Below, piece after piece: positions 10,551-20,284 of a stretch of DNA of 64,000 bases. The DNA is from an uncultured Acidimicrobiales bacterium (GTDB taxonomy: Bacteria; Actinomycetota; Acidimicrobiia; Acidimicrobiales; RAAP-2): assembly GCA_963741055.1 (NCBI GenBank), contig CAVUGU010000031.1, positions 3,963 to 67,962 on the forward strand, written 5' to 3'. The notes under the pieces are model-generated. The model was not told the DNA's origin and made no database searches. It saw nothing but the letters and a program-made list of their open reading frames with translations. Each line of letters starts with the position of its first letter. Position 1 is the first letter of the stretch. The position numbers and the translations under genes were made by a program.

Positions 10551-10916
10551 TCAGCTGAAGGAGGAACCGCAGCCGCAGGTCCGGCTCGCGTTGGGGTTGG
10601 TCACGTGGAAACCCGCGTCCTGGAGCCCGTCGTTGTAGTCGAGGACCGAACCCTTCAACAGGTCGGCGCTCGTCGGGTCCACGACGACCTTCACGGTGCC
10701 GAATTCCCTGACCACGTCGTCGTCCGCCACGTCGGTGTCGAAGAACATCTCGTAGCTGAAGCCCGAGCATCCTCCCGGCCGGACCGCCACCCGCAACGAG
10801 AGGTCCTCGGCGTCCTCCTGGGCGAGCAACTCGGCGACCTTCGCGGCCGCGCCATCGGTGAGCGTCACCGGGCTGGGCTTGCTCCCGATGCTGACGTTCT
10901 GCATGGTGGTGCTCAT
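10551..10916 (-). CDS. erpA: HesB/IscA-type iron-sulfur cluster insertion protein (ErpA-like)
   Basis: 121 aa with LRVAVRPGGCSGFSYEMFFD and a C-terminal CGCGSSFS. Confidence 0.9.
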   Translation of the reverse strand: MSTTMQNVSIGSKPSPVTLTDGAAAKVAELLAQEDAEDLSLRVAVRPGGCSGFSYEMFFDTDVADDDVVREFGTVKVVVDPTSADLLKGSVLDYNDGLQDAGFHVTNPNASRTCGCGSSFS

Positions 10917-11129
10917 CGAGCTTCCTCCCGAAATCATGGCTCGTCCGACAGGCGACGACCGGCTTCCCCGGTCGATTGGCCTCGCACCAGCGTACCCGCG
11001 CCCGTCGTGGGTCGATGCCTCGCTCGAAGTGACCGCCCGCCCCACCGACGCGACCCACCGGGCGCCGGTCGGCGAACGTCTCGACGACGTTCGGGTCGTT
11101 TCCGGGGGCGGACCGGTAGAATTCCGCAG

Positions 11130-12335
11130 GTGACCAGGGCTGACACCACCGATCGGCCCGTCCCCGACGATCGAGCCGGGTCGGCGACGACCAACCTGAC
11201 CGTGGACGCGGTCCGCGCCGCGCTGCACGGCGTGGTCGACCCCGAGCTCGGCGCCGACATCGTCGAGCTCGGCATGGTGACCGACCTGTCGGTCACGGGT
11301 GGCGCGGTGGAGGTCGAGATCGCGCTCACCGTCGCCGGCTGTCCGCTGCGAACCCAGATCCACCAGGACGTGGAGACCCGGGTCGGCTCGCTGCCAGGAG
11401 TCGAGTCGGTGTCGGTCCGCACCGGGGTGATGGACCCGGACCGGCGGAAGGAGGTCATGGCCAGGGCGCGCTTCCTCGCTCGTGACGCGGCGCCGGCGAC
11501 CGACATCCCCGACACGGCCCGGGTGGTCGCGGTCGCCTCGGGCAAAGGAGGCGTCGGCAAGAGTTCGGTGACGGTGAACCTGGCCGTCGCCATGGCACGC
11601 CGCGGCCTGACCGTCGGGATCCTCGACGCGGACATCTGGGGTTTCTCGGTTCCGCGCCTGCTCGGGATGGAGGGGGACATCGAAGCCCGCGACAAGAAGA
11701 TGGTGCCGCTCGAGCGACGGGTCGGCGACGGGATCCTCCGCGTGCTCTCGATGGGATTCCTCGCCGACGAGGAGAACGCGATCATGTGGCGCGGCTTGAT
11801 CCTCAACCGGGCGGTCCAGCAGTTCGTCGAGGACGTGCACTGGGGCGATCTCTCCTACCTCCTGATCGACATGCCACCGGGCACCGGGGACGTCCAGATG
11901 GGCCTCGCTCGGATGCTGCCGCGCACCGAGGTCGTGATCGTCACCACTCCGCCGGTCGCTGCCCAGAAGGTCGCCGCCAGGACCGCGGACATGGCTCGCA
12001 AGGGCTACCTCCGAGTTGCGGGCGTGATCGAGAACATGAGCGACTTCACCTGCGAGCACGGCGAGAGCTACGCCCTGTTCGGATCCGGAGGCGGTGAGCG
12101 TCTGGCGACCGACATCGGCGTCCCGCTGATCGGCCGGATCCCACTTCATCCCTCGGTGAGTGCAGGCGGCGACGCCGGTACGCCGGTCGCCCTCGACGAA
12201 GGACCGCTGCGAGCGGTGTTCGACGAGATCGCAGAGACCGTCGTCACGACGATCGCGCCGATCACCGCCATGGACGGGTGTAGCGCGAGGCTCCTCGAAC
12301 GAGTGGAGGCCGCCGTCGAGGCCGGGGAGCCCTGA
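11130..12335 (+). CDS. Mrp/ApbC-type Fe-S cluster carrier ATPase with N-terminal DUF59 domain
   Basis: VVDPELGADIVELGMV (DUF59), a deviant Walker A SGKGGVGKSS, DMPPGTGD, and the CEHGE region. A GTG at 11130 is in frame. The upstream half of ORF 10233..12335 is antisense to other genes. Confidence 0.9.
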   Translation: MTRADTTDRPVPDDRAGSATTNLTVDAVRAALHGVVDPELGADIVELGMVTDLSVTGGAVEVEIALTVAGCPLRTQIHQDVETRVGSLPGVESVSVRTGVMDPDRRKEVMARARFLARDAAPATDIPDTARVVAVASGKGGVGKSSVTVNLAVAMARRGLTVGILDADIWGFSVPRLLGMEGDIEARDKKMVPLERRVGDGILRVLSMGFLADEENAIMWRGLILNRAVQQFVEDVHWGDLSYLLIDMPPGTGDVQMGLARMLPRTEVVIVTTPPVAAQKVAARTADMARKGYLRVAGVIENMSDFTCEHGESYALFGSGGGERLATDIGVPLIGRIPLHPSVSAGGDAGTPVALDEGPLRAVFDEIAETVVTTIAPITAMDGCSARLLERVEAAVEAGEP

Positions 12336-12363
12336 GCCGGCAGATCTTCGAGAAGGTCGGAGT

Positions 12364-13264
12364 TCAGACGATGCCGAGCTCCGGACCCCACACGGTCCGG
12401 GTGGCCTCACCGAGGTCGGGGTCGAGCTGTGCGCCGGTCGCATCGAGGTCGGCCCGGGCCTCCTCGTAACCGGAGTCGCCCGGGCGCAGGATCACCAGGT
12501 TCCCGTCCTCGAAGAGGACGATCGGGAGGATCGTCTGGACTTCGGTGACACCGGATGCCCAGGCCATCACCTCGTCGGTGGACGTGCAGCCGGCGATCGA
12601 GGTGAGGTTGGCGACCGTCGGCGGAAGCAGGACCGTCTCGAGGGCGGCGTGACGTTCGAGCGCCTCCTCCGGACGCACCCAGTCGGTCGCGATGGTCTCC
12701 CCGGCGTCGTGTCGGGCGGTCTGCCCGAGTGGCGCCGCAGTGATGAAGAACCGGGTGTCGTACCGGCGCGGCGAGACCTCCGGCGTGATCCAGTGGCTCA
12801 CGTAGTACATCTCGTCGGCCGCGAGGACGAGGCCTTCGTCATGGCAGATCTCCGGGAGGGTCGTGTGCCCCTCGATCAGCGCCCGTCGTCGGCGCTCGAA
12901 CCTCGCCGCGGTCTCGGGGTCGGAGGTGTCGAGCAGCTCGCCGGCGCCGGAGCCGTCCTGGTGACGCCCGACGAGCACGCCGGACTCCTCGAAGCACTCG
13001 CGTAAGGCCGCCACCCAGAAGGCGAGCCCGCACTCGTCGACGCCGAGCAGACTGCTCGCTTGCTCGTCGCTCCTTCCGCGGCAGAGCGCGATCGCCTCTG
13101 ACGAGCGATCGGCGGGGTCGAGCGACCCCCCGGGGAAGACGTACGCACCGGCGACGAACTCGGAAGCGAGGTTGCGGCGCAGCATGCACACCTCGACGCC
13201 GGGTGGGCGCGCTGACGTCGCGGACGAGCATGACCGTCGCGGCATCTCTCGGAGTGACGACCAT
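12364..13264 (-). CDS. Nudix-family hydrolase; one frame break near 13205
   Basis: The N-terminus MVVTPRDAATVMLVRDVSAP (ORF 12839..13264) continues as GVEVCMLRRN...YVFPGGSLD...ALRECFEESGV (Nudix box) in ORF 12364..13299. The join is at a CCCACCC run. Confidence 0.7.
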
Positions 13265-13315
13265 CGGATGCAGGCTACCGCCAGTGTCTCGACAGCCACT
13301 CGGGCGCTCCGCGGT

Positions 13316-14269
13316 TCACGCAGGGTTCACGCGGGCGCGGGCGGTCGTGTCGCGTCCGCGCGCGTCGACCAGCGCGCTGATCACCAGCTCGCGAAAGGCC
13401 GCGGGGTCGGCGATCGGCCAGGCGTGCGGACCTTCGATCACCACCCCTTCCACACCGGCGGCGCGGCGAAGGTCGTCGAAGGCCGAGCGCGGGACCAATC
13501 CGTCGCGATCGGACCACGAGACCGAGACCGGGATCCCCGAGTCGGCGATCGACCGGACCTCCTCGACCAGGTCGGCCCGGCGGATGAACTCGCCGGCGCG
13601 GATCATGCCGAGCGGGTTGACCAACAGATTCATCGCGAAGTCCTCGAGCAAGGTCGGGAGCAGGCGGAACCGCCGCGGCGTCGAGAGCAGGTCTCCGGTG
13701 AAATGGCGGGTCCAATCCCAGAACGGGCGCTGCACCATGGTGCGGACCTCGTTCGGGAACAGAGCCCAGGTCGGGCTCCCGACCGCGTTGGCCAGCAAGA
13801 GGGAGGCCACCCGGTCCGGCTGCGCATGAGTGAACGCGGTGGCGACGCCACCTCCGAACGAATGGCCGGCGACAAGAGCGACCTTCTCCTCGCCGACCGC
13901 GTCGAGGAAGCGGCCGACCCACCGGCCGTAGCCGGCGAAGCTCCGATCCTCCGCGTCGAGCTCGGTCGTCCCGCCGAACCCGGGAAGCGAGGGCGCGTAC
14001 ACACGGCAGCCGGCGTCGGCCATGGCACGGATCGCCTCGCGGTACGAGTTGGGTCGCAGACCCCATCCGTGAAGGAAGATCGCCCGTGGCCCTTGCCCGA
14101 CCACCGCGTAACGAACCCGGTGCCCGTCGACGCTGGTGGTACGCCACGCGAGGAGAAGCGGGTCGGCCAGGGGAGTGGCCGAGGGTGGCGACGGCTCGGC
14201 GCGTTCCGGCGAGGGATCGGTCCCGACGAGCTTCTCTGGCTCGGCGTGCTCTTCCGGCTCGGCCAACAT
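13316..14269 (-). CDS. Alpha/beta-fold hydrolase
   Basis: HGWG oxyanion motif, the nucleophile elbow GHSFGG, and a late acid/His region. ATG at 14269. The upstream extension of the ORF to 15301 is antisense noise. Confidence 0.8.
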   Translation of the reverse strand: MLAEPEEHAEPEKLVGTDPSPERAEPSPPSATPLADPLLLAWRTTSVDGHRVRYAVVGQGPRAIFLHGWGLRPNSYREAIRAMADAGCRVYAPSLPGFGGTTELDAEDRSFAGYGRWVGRFLDAVGEEKVALVAGHSFGGGVATAFTHAQPDRVASLLLANAVGSPTWALFPNEVRTMVQRPFWDWTRHFTGDLLSTPRRFRLLPTLLEDFAMNLLVNPLGMIRAGEFIRRADLVEEVRSIADSGIPVSVSWSDRDGLVPRSAFDDLRRAAGVEGVVIEGPHAWPIADPAAFRELVISALVDARGRDTTARARVNPA

Positions 14270-14467
14270 CGGCGGAAAGTGTAGGGTCCTCGGCTTTCGA
14301 CAGGGTCCATCGTCGCTCACACGCTCGCCCGGCCGCCGATGCCCTGATGGGGGGCGGCCCGATCCCATCTGCCCTGGCAGTCGGATTACTCTCCTTCGGA
14401 GGAGCGGACGAGGACCGGACCGACCCGAACCGGCCCGACCGTCGACGAAGCGGAGACCTCCCGAGTC

Positions 14468-15565
14468 ATGCCCCAGGAACAGAAGAAGCCCTCGACCGGC
14501 GGCAACAAGCCGAAGCCGCCGCCCGCACCGGCCAGAGGCAACCAGAGCGCAAGTGCGAAGGAACGCTCCAAGGCTCAGAGCCGCCCGGTCTCGACAAAGT
14601 CCCCCACGAGTAAGGCGGGGACCGCTGACGGCAAAGGCGGGAGAGCAAAGGGCGGGAACACGCCGAGGCCCGGTGCCCGGCCCGCTCAGCAAGCCACTCC
14701 CCGACGGTTCAGCGGAACGATGATCGCCTGGTTGTCGATCGGACTGGTGGTCCTCATCGTCGCCATCGTGGTGATCGTCAGCCAGCTCGGTGGCGGCTCC
14801 ACCAACACGAGCTACACGCCGACGACCCCGGCGCCGGCCTCGGTGGCCAATGCCGTGACCAACATCCCCGCTTCGGTCTACAACACCGTCGGGACCGGAC
14901 CCTCGGGCACGGTGAACCCGCCGATCCTCATCCACGGCCACAGCCCGCTGGTGCTCGACGGCAAGAGCCCGTCGATCCTCTTCTACGGTGCCGAGTACTG
15001 CCCGTACTGCGCCGCCGAGCGTTGGGCCCTCACCGCCGCCCTCTCGCGCTTCGGGACCTGGTCGAACCTGGATATCACTGCTTCGTCCCAGACCGACGTC
15101 TACGCGGGGACCCACACCCTGAGCTACCGAAGCGCGTCGCTCTCCAGCCCGTACATCAACTTCCACTCGGTCGAGCAGTACACCAACATCCCCGCTTCGG
15201 GCGGGAACGGCGCCTACACCGTGCTCCAGAACCCGAGCAAGGAGGAGGCGAAGGTCATCAGCACCTTCAACAGCCCGACCTACATCCCCGGTGCGCAGCA
15301 AGGTCAGATCTCGTTCCCGTTCATCTCCATCAACAACGTCGCACTCATCTCGGGTGCGAGCTACAACCCCGGGATCCTGGCCGGGCTGTCATGGACCGAC
15401 ATCGCGAACGGGCTCTCCAACCCGAGCAATCCCGCCACCCAGGCGATCGTCGGCACGGCCAACTACATCTCGGCCGCCATCTGCGCGAGCACGAAAAACG
15501 CACCCGCGTCGGTCTGCACGAGCTCGGGCGTGACGGCTGCGTCCAAAGCCCTCAAACTGAGCTGA
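14468..15565 (+). CDS. DUF929-type membrane-anchored thioredoxin-like protein (CPYC)
   Basis: Lys/Pro-rich N-tail, one TM helix (MIAWLSIGLVVLIVAIVVIV), then ILFYGAEYCPYCAAERWAL and a late Cys pair (AAICAS...SVC). Confidence 0.7.
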   Translation: MPQEQKKPSTGGNKPKPPPAPARGNQSASAKERSKAQSRPVSTKSPTSKAGTADGKGGRAKGGNTPRPGARPAQQATPRRFSGTMIAWLSIGLVVLIVAIVVIVSQLGGGSTNTSYTPTTPAPASVANAVTNIPASVYNTVGTGPSGTVNPPILIHGHSPLVLDGKSPSILFYGAEYCPYCAAERWALTAALSRFGTWSNLDITASSQTDVYAGTHTLSYRSASLSSPYINFHSVEQYTNIPASGGNGAYTVLQNPSKEEAKVISTFNSPTYIPGAQQGQISFPFISINNVALISGASYNPGILAGLSWTDIANGLSNPSNPATQAIVGTANYISAAICASTKNAPASVCTSSGVTAASKALKLS

Positions 15566-15589
15566 CCGGAACGACGAGGTCGGAAGGCC

Positions 15590-16084
15590 GTGCCCAGCCT
15601 CCGATGGCAACCCATCGTCACCACACTGCTTTGCCTCTGCGGGCTCGGAGTGGCGACCTACCTGACGATCACCCACTTCGACACCCATCTGGCGCTGGCG
15701 TGCCCGAAGACCACGACCTTCAACTGCGAGACGGTCACGACGAGCGCCCAATCGCACATCCTCGGGATTCCGGTGGCCGTGCTCGGCCTGTTGTATTTCG
15801 TCCCGATGCTGCTGCTCTGCCTGCCGGTCGCCTGGCGGTCGGCCGACCGTCGCATCCACCTCGCCCGTCTCGTGCTCGCGTCCATCGGAGTCGGCACGAT
15901 CATCTACCTGATCATCGCCGAGCTCTTCCTGATCAAGGCGATCTGCCTCTGGTGCACCTCGGTGCACCTGATCACGTTCATTCTCTTCGTCATCGTGGCG
16001 ACCTCCTCGCCGATCGTCCTCTCGCCGGGTTATGGGGACGGGGTCGTCCCCGCCTACGGGGTTGGGTCCGACCGGGGGGCCTAG
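15590..16084 (+). CDS. Vitamin K epoxide reductase (VKOR) family membrane protein
   Basis: Multi-TM protein with the loop Cys pair ACPKTTTFNCETV, SHILGIPVAVLG and the active-site CLWC. Confidence 0.85.
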   Translation: MPSLRWQPIVTTLLCLCGLGVATYLTITHFDTHLALACPKTTTFNCETVTTSAQSHILGIPVAVLGLLYFVPMLLLCLPVAWRSADRRIHLARLVLASIGVGTIIYLIIAELFLIKAICLWCTSVHLITFILFVIVATSSPIVLSPGYGDGVVPAYGVGSDRGA

Positions 16085-16106
16085 CGGGCCACGCCGCCAC
16101 CCTGCG

Positions 16107-17061
16107 ATGACGTCCTCCGTCACTGAAGACGGCGATCACGGAAGCGAGCGGGTGGCCGAGCCCGCCGCGACGACCGATCCCCCCACTGGCGCGACCGACC
16201 CGGCAGGCGCGACAAGTCCGACCGGACGTGCCGCGTGGTTCGCGTGGGGCGTACTGGCGATCATTCTGGTCGGAGTCACCGTGCTCGTCGTCTACGCGTT
16301 GACCCGCGGCACGACTCCGCAGGACGTGTCCCGCGCGCCGGTCACCTCGAGCGACATCCTCGCTTCGCTCTCTTCACTTCCGGCGAACGTGGACGACGCG
16401 GTCGGGACCGGTACCGCCGCGGCGCCGGTCACCCCACCGGTACTCCTCAGCGGTCAGCCGCCACTGGAGTCGAACGGGAAACCCGAGGTCCTCTTCGTCG
16501 GTGCGGAGTACTGCCCGTTCTGTGCAGCCGAGCGGTGGCCGCTGATCCTCGCCCTCTCGCGCTTCGGACACTTCGGCGTCCTCCACAACGTGCAGTCGGC
16601 ACCGAACGACGCGTTCTCCGGCATCCAGAGCTTCAGCTTCGCCCATTCGACCTACTCCAGCCCCTATGTGAACTTCACCGGAGTGGAGCTCTACTCCACC
16701 ACCGTCGACGCACAGGGTGGTTACGCAAAAATCGCCTCGCTCAACTCCGGCCAGGCCGCTCTACTCGCTCGTGACGGACCGCTGTCAGGGGCCCTCGGGG
16801 CATCGCCGATGCCCTTCGTCGACATCGACAACCGAATGGTCACCTCCACCTCGGGCATCAGTCCCGCCCTGCTGGTCGGAGAGTCACAGTCGGCGATCGT
16901 GAGCGCCCTCAGTCAGGCCGGTAACCCGATCGCGGAAGGGGTCGTCGCCGCGGCCAACCAGCTCACTGCCGGGATCTGCGAGGCGACCGGCGGGGAGCCG
17001 GGCAACGTCTGCTCGAGCAAGAGCGTGCGCGACGCGCAAGACCGCACTCGGCATCCGCTGA
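16107..17061 (+). CDS. Second DUF929-type thioredoxin-like protein (CPFC); frame break near 17035 masks the true stop
   Basis: Paralog of 14468..15565 (VLFVGAEYCPFCAAERWPL; AGICEA...NVC). Shifting one base at GACGCGCAAGACC gives ...DAKTALGIR-stop at 17059-17061, parallel to the paralog ending ...ASKALKLS. Without the shift the ORF runs antisense into whiB, to 17153. Confidence 0.7.
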
Positions 17062-17062
17062 C

Positions 17063-17326
17063 TCAGCCGGCGCGGCGCTCCGCCAGCTGCTTGCGCTCGA
17101 CCTCGTTCAGCCCACCCCAGATGCCGTGCGGCTCGTGGATACGGATCGCGTAGTCGAGACACTCGGCGCGCACCGCGCACGAGCGGCAGATCGCCTTCGC
17201 GCGATCCTCGCGCTGAAGCTTCTCTTCCTTGCGCTCAGCGTGTGCCGGGGGAAAGAAGATCTCCGACTGCGGTCCCCGACACGACGCCCTGAGTTGCCAC
17301 GCTTCCGCCTGCTCCACTGCCCACAT
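17063..17326 (-). CDS. WhiB-family Fe-S transcriptional regulator
   Basis: 87 aa. Four Cys (C-x29-C-x2-C-x5-C: ASCRG...AICRSCAVRAEC), followed by GIWGG and a basic tail. Confidence 0.9.
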   Translation of the reverse strand: MWAVEQAEAWQLRASCRGPQSEIFFPPAHAERKEEKLQREDRAKAICRSCAVRAECLDYAIRIHEPHGIWGGLNEVERKQLAERRAG

Positions 17327-17515
17327 CCCCCTTTGGGCTCATCCTCCCGAAGGGAAGGTACTCGCACCGCGACGGCGAAACAAGGGGTCTGACCTGGGAT
17401 TCCGGGCGTAACCACACCTCCGGTCACTGCAGGGATGCAACCCCGGTAGCGGGACTCCGAGCGAAAGTCCCTCGCCATAGGGCCGCCAGAGCCGGACACT
17501 ACGCTCGACGAGGTC

Positions 17516-18529
17516 ATGGACATCCGCGCCTTCTGCCTCCAGAGCAGGGTGCTCATCGTGGCCGGCAAGGGTGGGGTCGGCAAGACGACGATGGTCGCAG
17601 CCTTTGCGCACATGGCCGCGAGCGCCGGGCTCTCGGTCCTCGTGGTCGAGCTCGAAGGGCGACCCGGGGTCGCATCGGCCTTCGGTGTACGCGACCCCCT
17701 CGGCTACGCCGGTTCGGTGCTGCGGGCGGCCGGCGCGTCGACAGGGTCGGAGCAACCCGACGACCGGGTGATCCCTCCCGGGACCGTCCAGGCGCGACTC
17801 ATCACCCCGGACGACGCGCTGATCGAGTACCTCGCCGACCACGGACTCCGACGGGTCTCGCGACGGCTCATGGCGACCGGGATCGTCGACCTGGTGGCGG
17901 GAGCCATCCCGGGGATCCGGGACATCCTGGTCCTCGGCAAGGTGAAGCAGCTCGAGCGGGGTCACGTGGCCGATCTCGTGCTCGTCGACGCGCCGGCGAC
18001 CGGGCACACCATGACCTTTCTCTCCTCGGCCGGCGGCCTTCTCGACGCAGCCAGAGGCGGCCCGATCCGGGCCCAGGCCGCCGACGTGGTCGAGCTGCTC
18101 TCCGATCCGGCCCGCTGCCAGGTCGCCCTGGTGACCCTTCCGGAGGAGATGCCGGTCAACGAGGCCGTCGACGCGGCGTACCAGCTCGAGGACAAGCTCG
18201 GGATCGCGCTCGGACCGGTGATCGTGAACGCCTGCTACCCGGTGGAAGCCGGTCTCGACACGCCGGCCCCGCAGGCGGCGCTCGCGGCCGGGATCGACCT
18301 CGACGCCGAGCTGCTCTCGAGCCTCGAATCCGCACGGCGGTTCCGCACACGACGCCAGGAACTCCAAGAGGACGAGCTGCGCCGTCTCGCGCACGAGCTC
18401 CCGTTGCCCCAGCTACGGGTGCCGTTCCTCTTCACCGACTCGATCGGACCTGCCGAGCTCGAGACCTTGAGCGCGGCGCTGGCGGCGGGGATCGCCGCGC
18501 TGCCCGAGCCGGCTCCCGCGCCCCAATGA
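17516..18529 (+). CDS. ArsA/GET3-like P-loop ATPase (first of pair)
   Basis: VAGKGGVGKTT Walker A, DAPATGH, and the same layout as the whiB-linked ATPase pair of mycobacteria. Confidence 0.8.
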   Translation: MDIRAFCLQSRVLIVAGKGGVGKTTMVAAFAHMAASAGLSVLVVELEGRPGVASAFGVRDPLGYAGSVLRAAGASTGSEQPDDRVIPPGTVQARLITPDDALIEYLADHGLRRVSRRLMATGIVDLVAGAIPGIRDILVLGKVKQLERGHVADLVLVDAPATGHTMTFLSSAGGLLDAARGGPIRAQAADVVELLSDPARCQVALVTLPEEMPVNEAVDAAYQLEDKLGIALGPVIVNACYPVEAGLDTPAPQAALAAGIDLDAELLSSLESARRFRTRRQELQEDELRRLAHELPLPQLRVPFLFTDSIGPAELETLSAALAAGIAALPEPAPAPQ

Positions 18530-19623
18530 CCCGGCCGGCTCCGATCGACCAAGTGGTCCGGGAGCGGTCCATCGTGATCTGTTGCGGATCCGGCGGCGTC
18601 GGCAAGACCACGACCGCCGCAGCGCTCGCCCTGGAGGGCGCGCGACTCGGAAGGAACGCGTGCGTGGTCACCATCGACCCGGCGCGACGCCTCGCCAACT
18701 CCCTCGGCCTCGACCAGCTCTCCAACCATCCCACCCGCATCGAGGGAGACTGGCCGGGCTCGCTCTCGGCGCTCATGCTCGACGCAAAGGGAACCTTCGA
18801 CGATCTCGTGCAGCGGTACTCCGAGAGCGAAGAGCAGGCCGAGGACATCAAGGTCAACCGGATCTACCGCAACCTGACCGGCTCGCTGTCGGGCACTCAG
18901 GAGTACATGGCGATGGAGAAGCTCTACGAACTGGTCGAGGAAGGCGGTTTCGACGTGGTGGTGGTCGACACGCCACCGTCGCGGAACGCGCTCGACTTTC
19001 TCGACGCGCCACGGCGGCTCACCCGTTTCCTCGAAAACCGGGTGTTTCAGGCGTTGATGAAGCCGACCAGGGCGGGCCTGAAGGTGATGGGCGTCGCGGC
19101 CAACGCGCTGCTGCGGACGATCTCACGGGTGGCGGGAGCCGACATCGTGCACGACGCGGTGGCGTTCTTCCAGGCGTTCGAAGGGATGGAGGAGGGGTTC
19201 CGGGTCAGGGCGAGCCGGGTGCGCGAGCTGCTCAGCCAGGAGGGAACCGCCTTCGTGCTCGTGGCCTCTCCTCGCCAGGACTCGGTCGACGAAGCCGTCC
19301 ACTTCGCCGACAAGTTGACCGAGTCGTCGCTGTCGGTGACCGCGCTCGTCGTCAACCGCGTGCAGCCCCGCTTCGCCGACGATACCGAGCTCGCGACCGT
19401 GTCGCGGCTGGTGGGGACCGCGTCGGGGCGTTCGATCGACGACCTGGTCGAGAACCTGGCCGGCTATACCTCCGCCGCGGACCGCGAGGAGGAGGTCTAT
19501 GCCGAACTGGTCGCCAGGGTCGCGCCGGCTCCGGTCTACCGGATCCCGCTCCTCAACTCCGATGTGCACGACCTGGCCGGCGTCGGCTCGATCGCGGATT
19601 TGCTCTTCGACAGCCGGGGCTAA
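18526..19623 (+). CDS. ArsA/GET3-like P-loop ATPase (second of pair)
   Basis: CGSGGVGKTTT, TIDPARRLANSLG, DTPPSRNALDFL. The start overlaps the upstream stop (ATGA). Confidence 0.8.
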   Translation: MTRPAPIDQVVRERSIVICCGSGGVGKTTTAAALALEGARLGRNACVVTIDPARRLANSLGLDQLSNHPTRIEGDWPGSLSALMLDAKGTFDDLVQRYSESEEQAEDIKVNRIYRNLTGSLSGTQEYMAMEKLYELVEEGGFDVVVVDTPPSRNALDFLDAPRRLTRFLENRVFQALMKPTRAGLKVMGVAANALLRTISRVAGADIVHDAVAFFQAFEGMEEGFRVRASRVRELLSQEGTAFVLVASPRQDSVDEAVHFADKLTESSLSVTALVVNRVQPRFADDTELATVSRLVGTASGRSIDDLVENLAGYTSAADREEEVYAELVARVAPAPVYRIPLLNSDVHDLAGVGSIADLLFDSRG

Positions 19624-19633
19624 TCTTTCCGCC

Positions 19634-20062
19634 GTGCCGTCCGTCCTGATCGCCAGCGACGCCCCCTCTGTGCGCGCGGAGGTCGCCGCGGTCGCCGGCA
19701 CTCCGGAGCTGACCATCCGCGAGGCGCGGTCGGGACCAGACGTCATGCGCGAGGTTGCGCGTTCCCTACCCGATCTGGTCGTGGTCGACCTGCAGATGGG
19801 CAACATGGGCGGGATGGCGGTCTGTCTCGAGCTGCGCCTCGAGGAGTCCTACGGCAACCTCGAACACGTGCCGGTACTGATGCTGCTCGACCGGCGGCCG
19901 GACGTGTTCATCGCCCGTCGCTCGGGTGCCGAGGGCTGGGTGGTCAAACCGCTCGACCCGATCCGCCTGCGGCGTGCCGTCGCGGCGTTGCTGGACGGGG
20001 GTACGTACTACGACGAGTCGTACCAGCCTCTGTCCGTCACCTCGGTCCCGAGCGGGACCTGA
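19634..20062 (+). CDS. Stand-alone response-regulator receiver domain protein
   Basis: DLVVVDLQMGNMGG (phospho-acceptor Asp), VPVLMLL, WVVKP. No output domain. GTG start at 19634. Confidence 0.75.
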   Translation: MPSVLIASDAPSVRAEVAAVAGTPELTIREARSGPDVMREVARSLPDLVVVDLQMGNMGGMAVCLELRLEESYGNLEHVPVLMLLDRRPDVFIARRSGAEGWVVKPLDPIRLRRAVAALLDGGTYYDESYQPLSVTSVPSGT

Positions 20063-20284
20063 GCCGGGCCACCTCCCGGTCTCAAGGGTCCGTGTTCCGT
20101 CACCGCAACGGGAAATCCGAAGAGGAAGGCGACCGGAGCCGTCGACGTAGGCGGTCGACCAACGGGGACGCCGGACCGTCGGACGGCAGCCGCCGAGCGC
20201 GGCGGTGACCGTGGTGCCGACGAACAGGAGCAGTTCATCATCGACGCCCTCCACGACCTCCACGACACGGTCGTCCGCGAGGTC

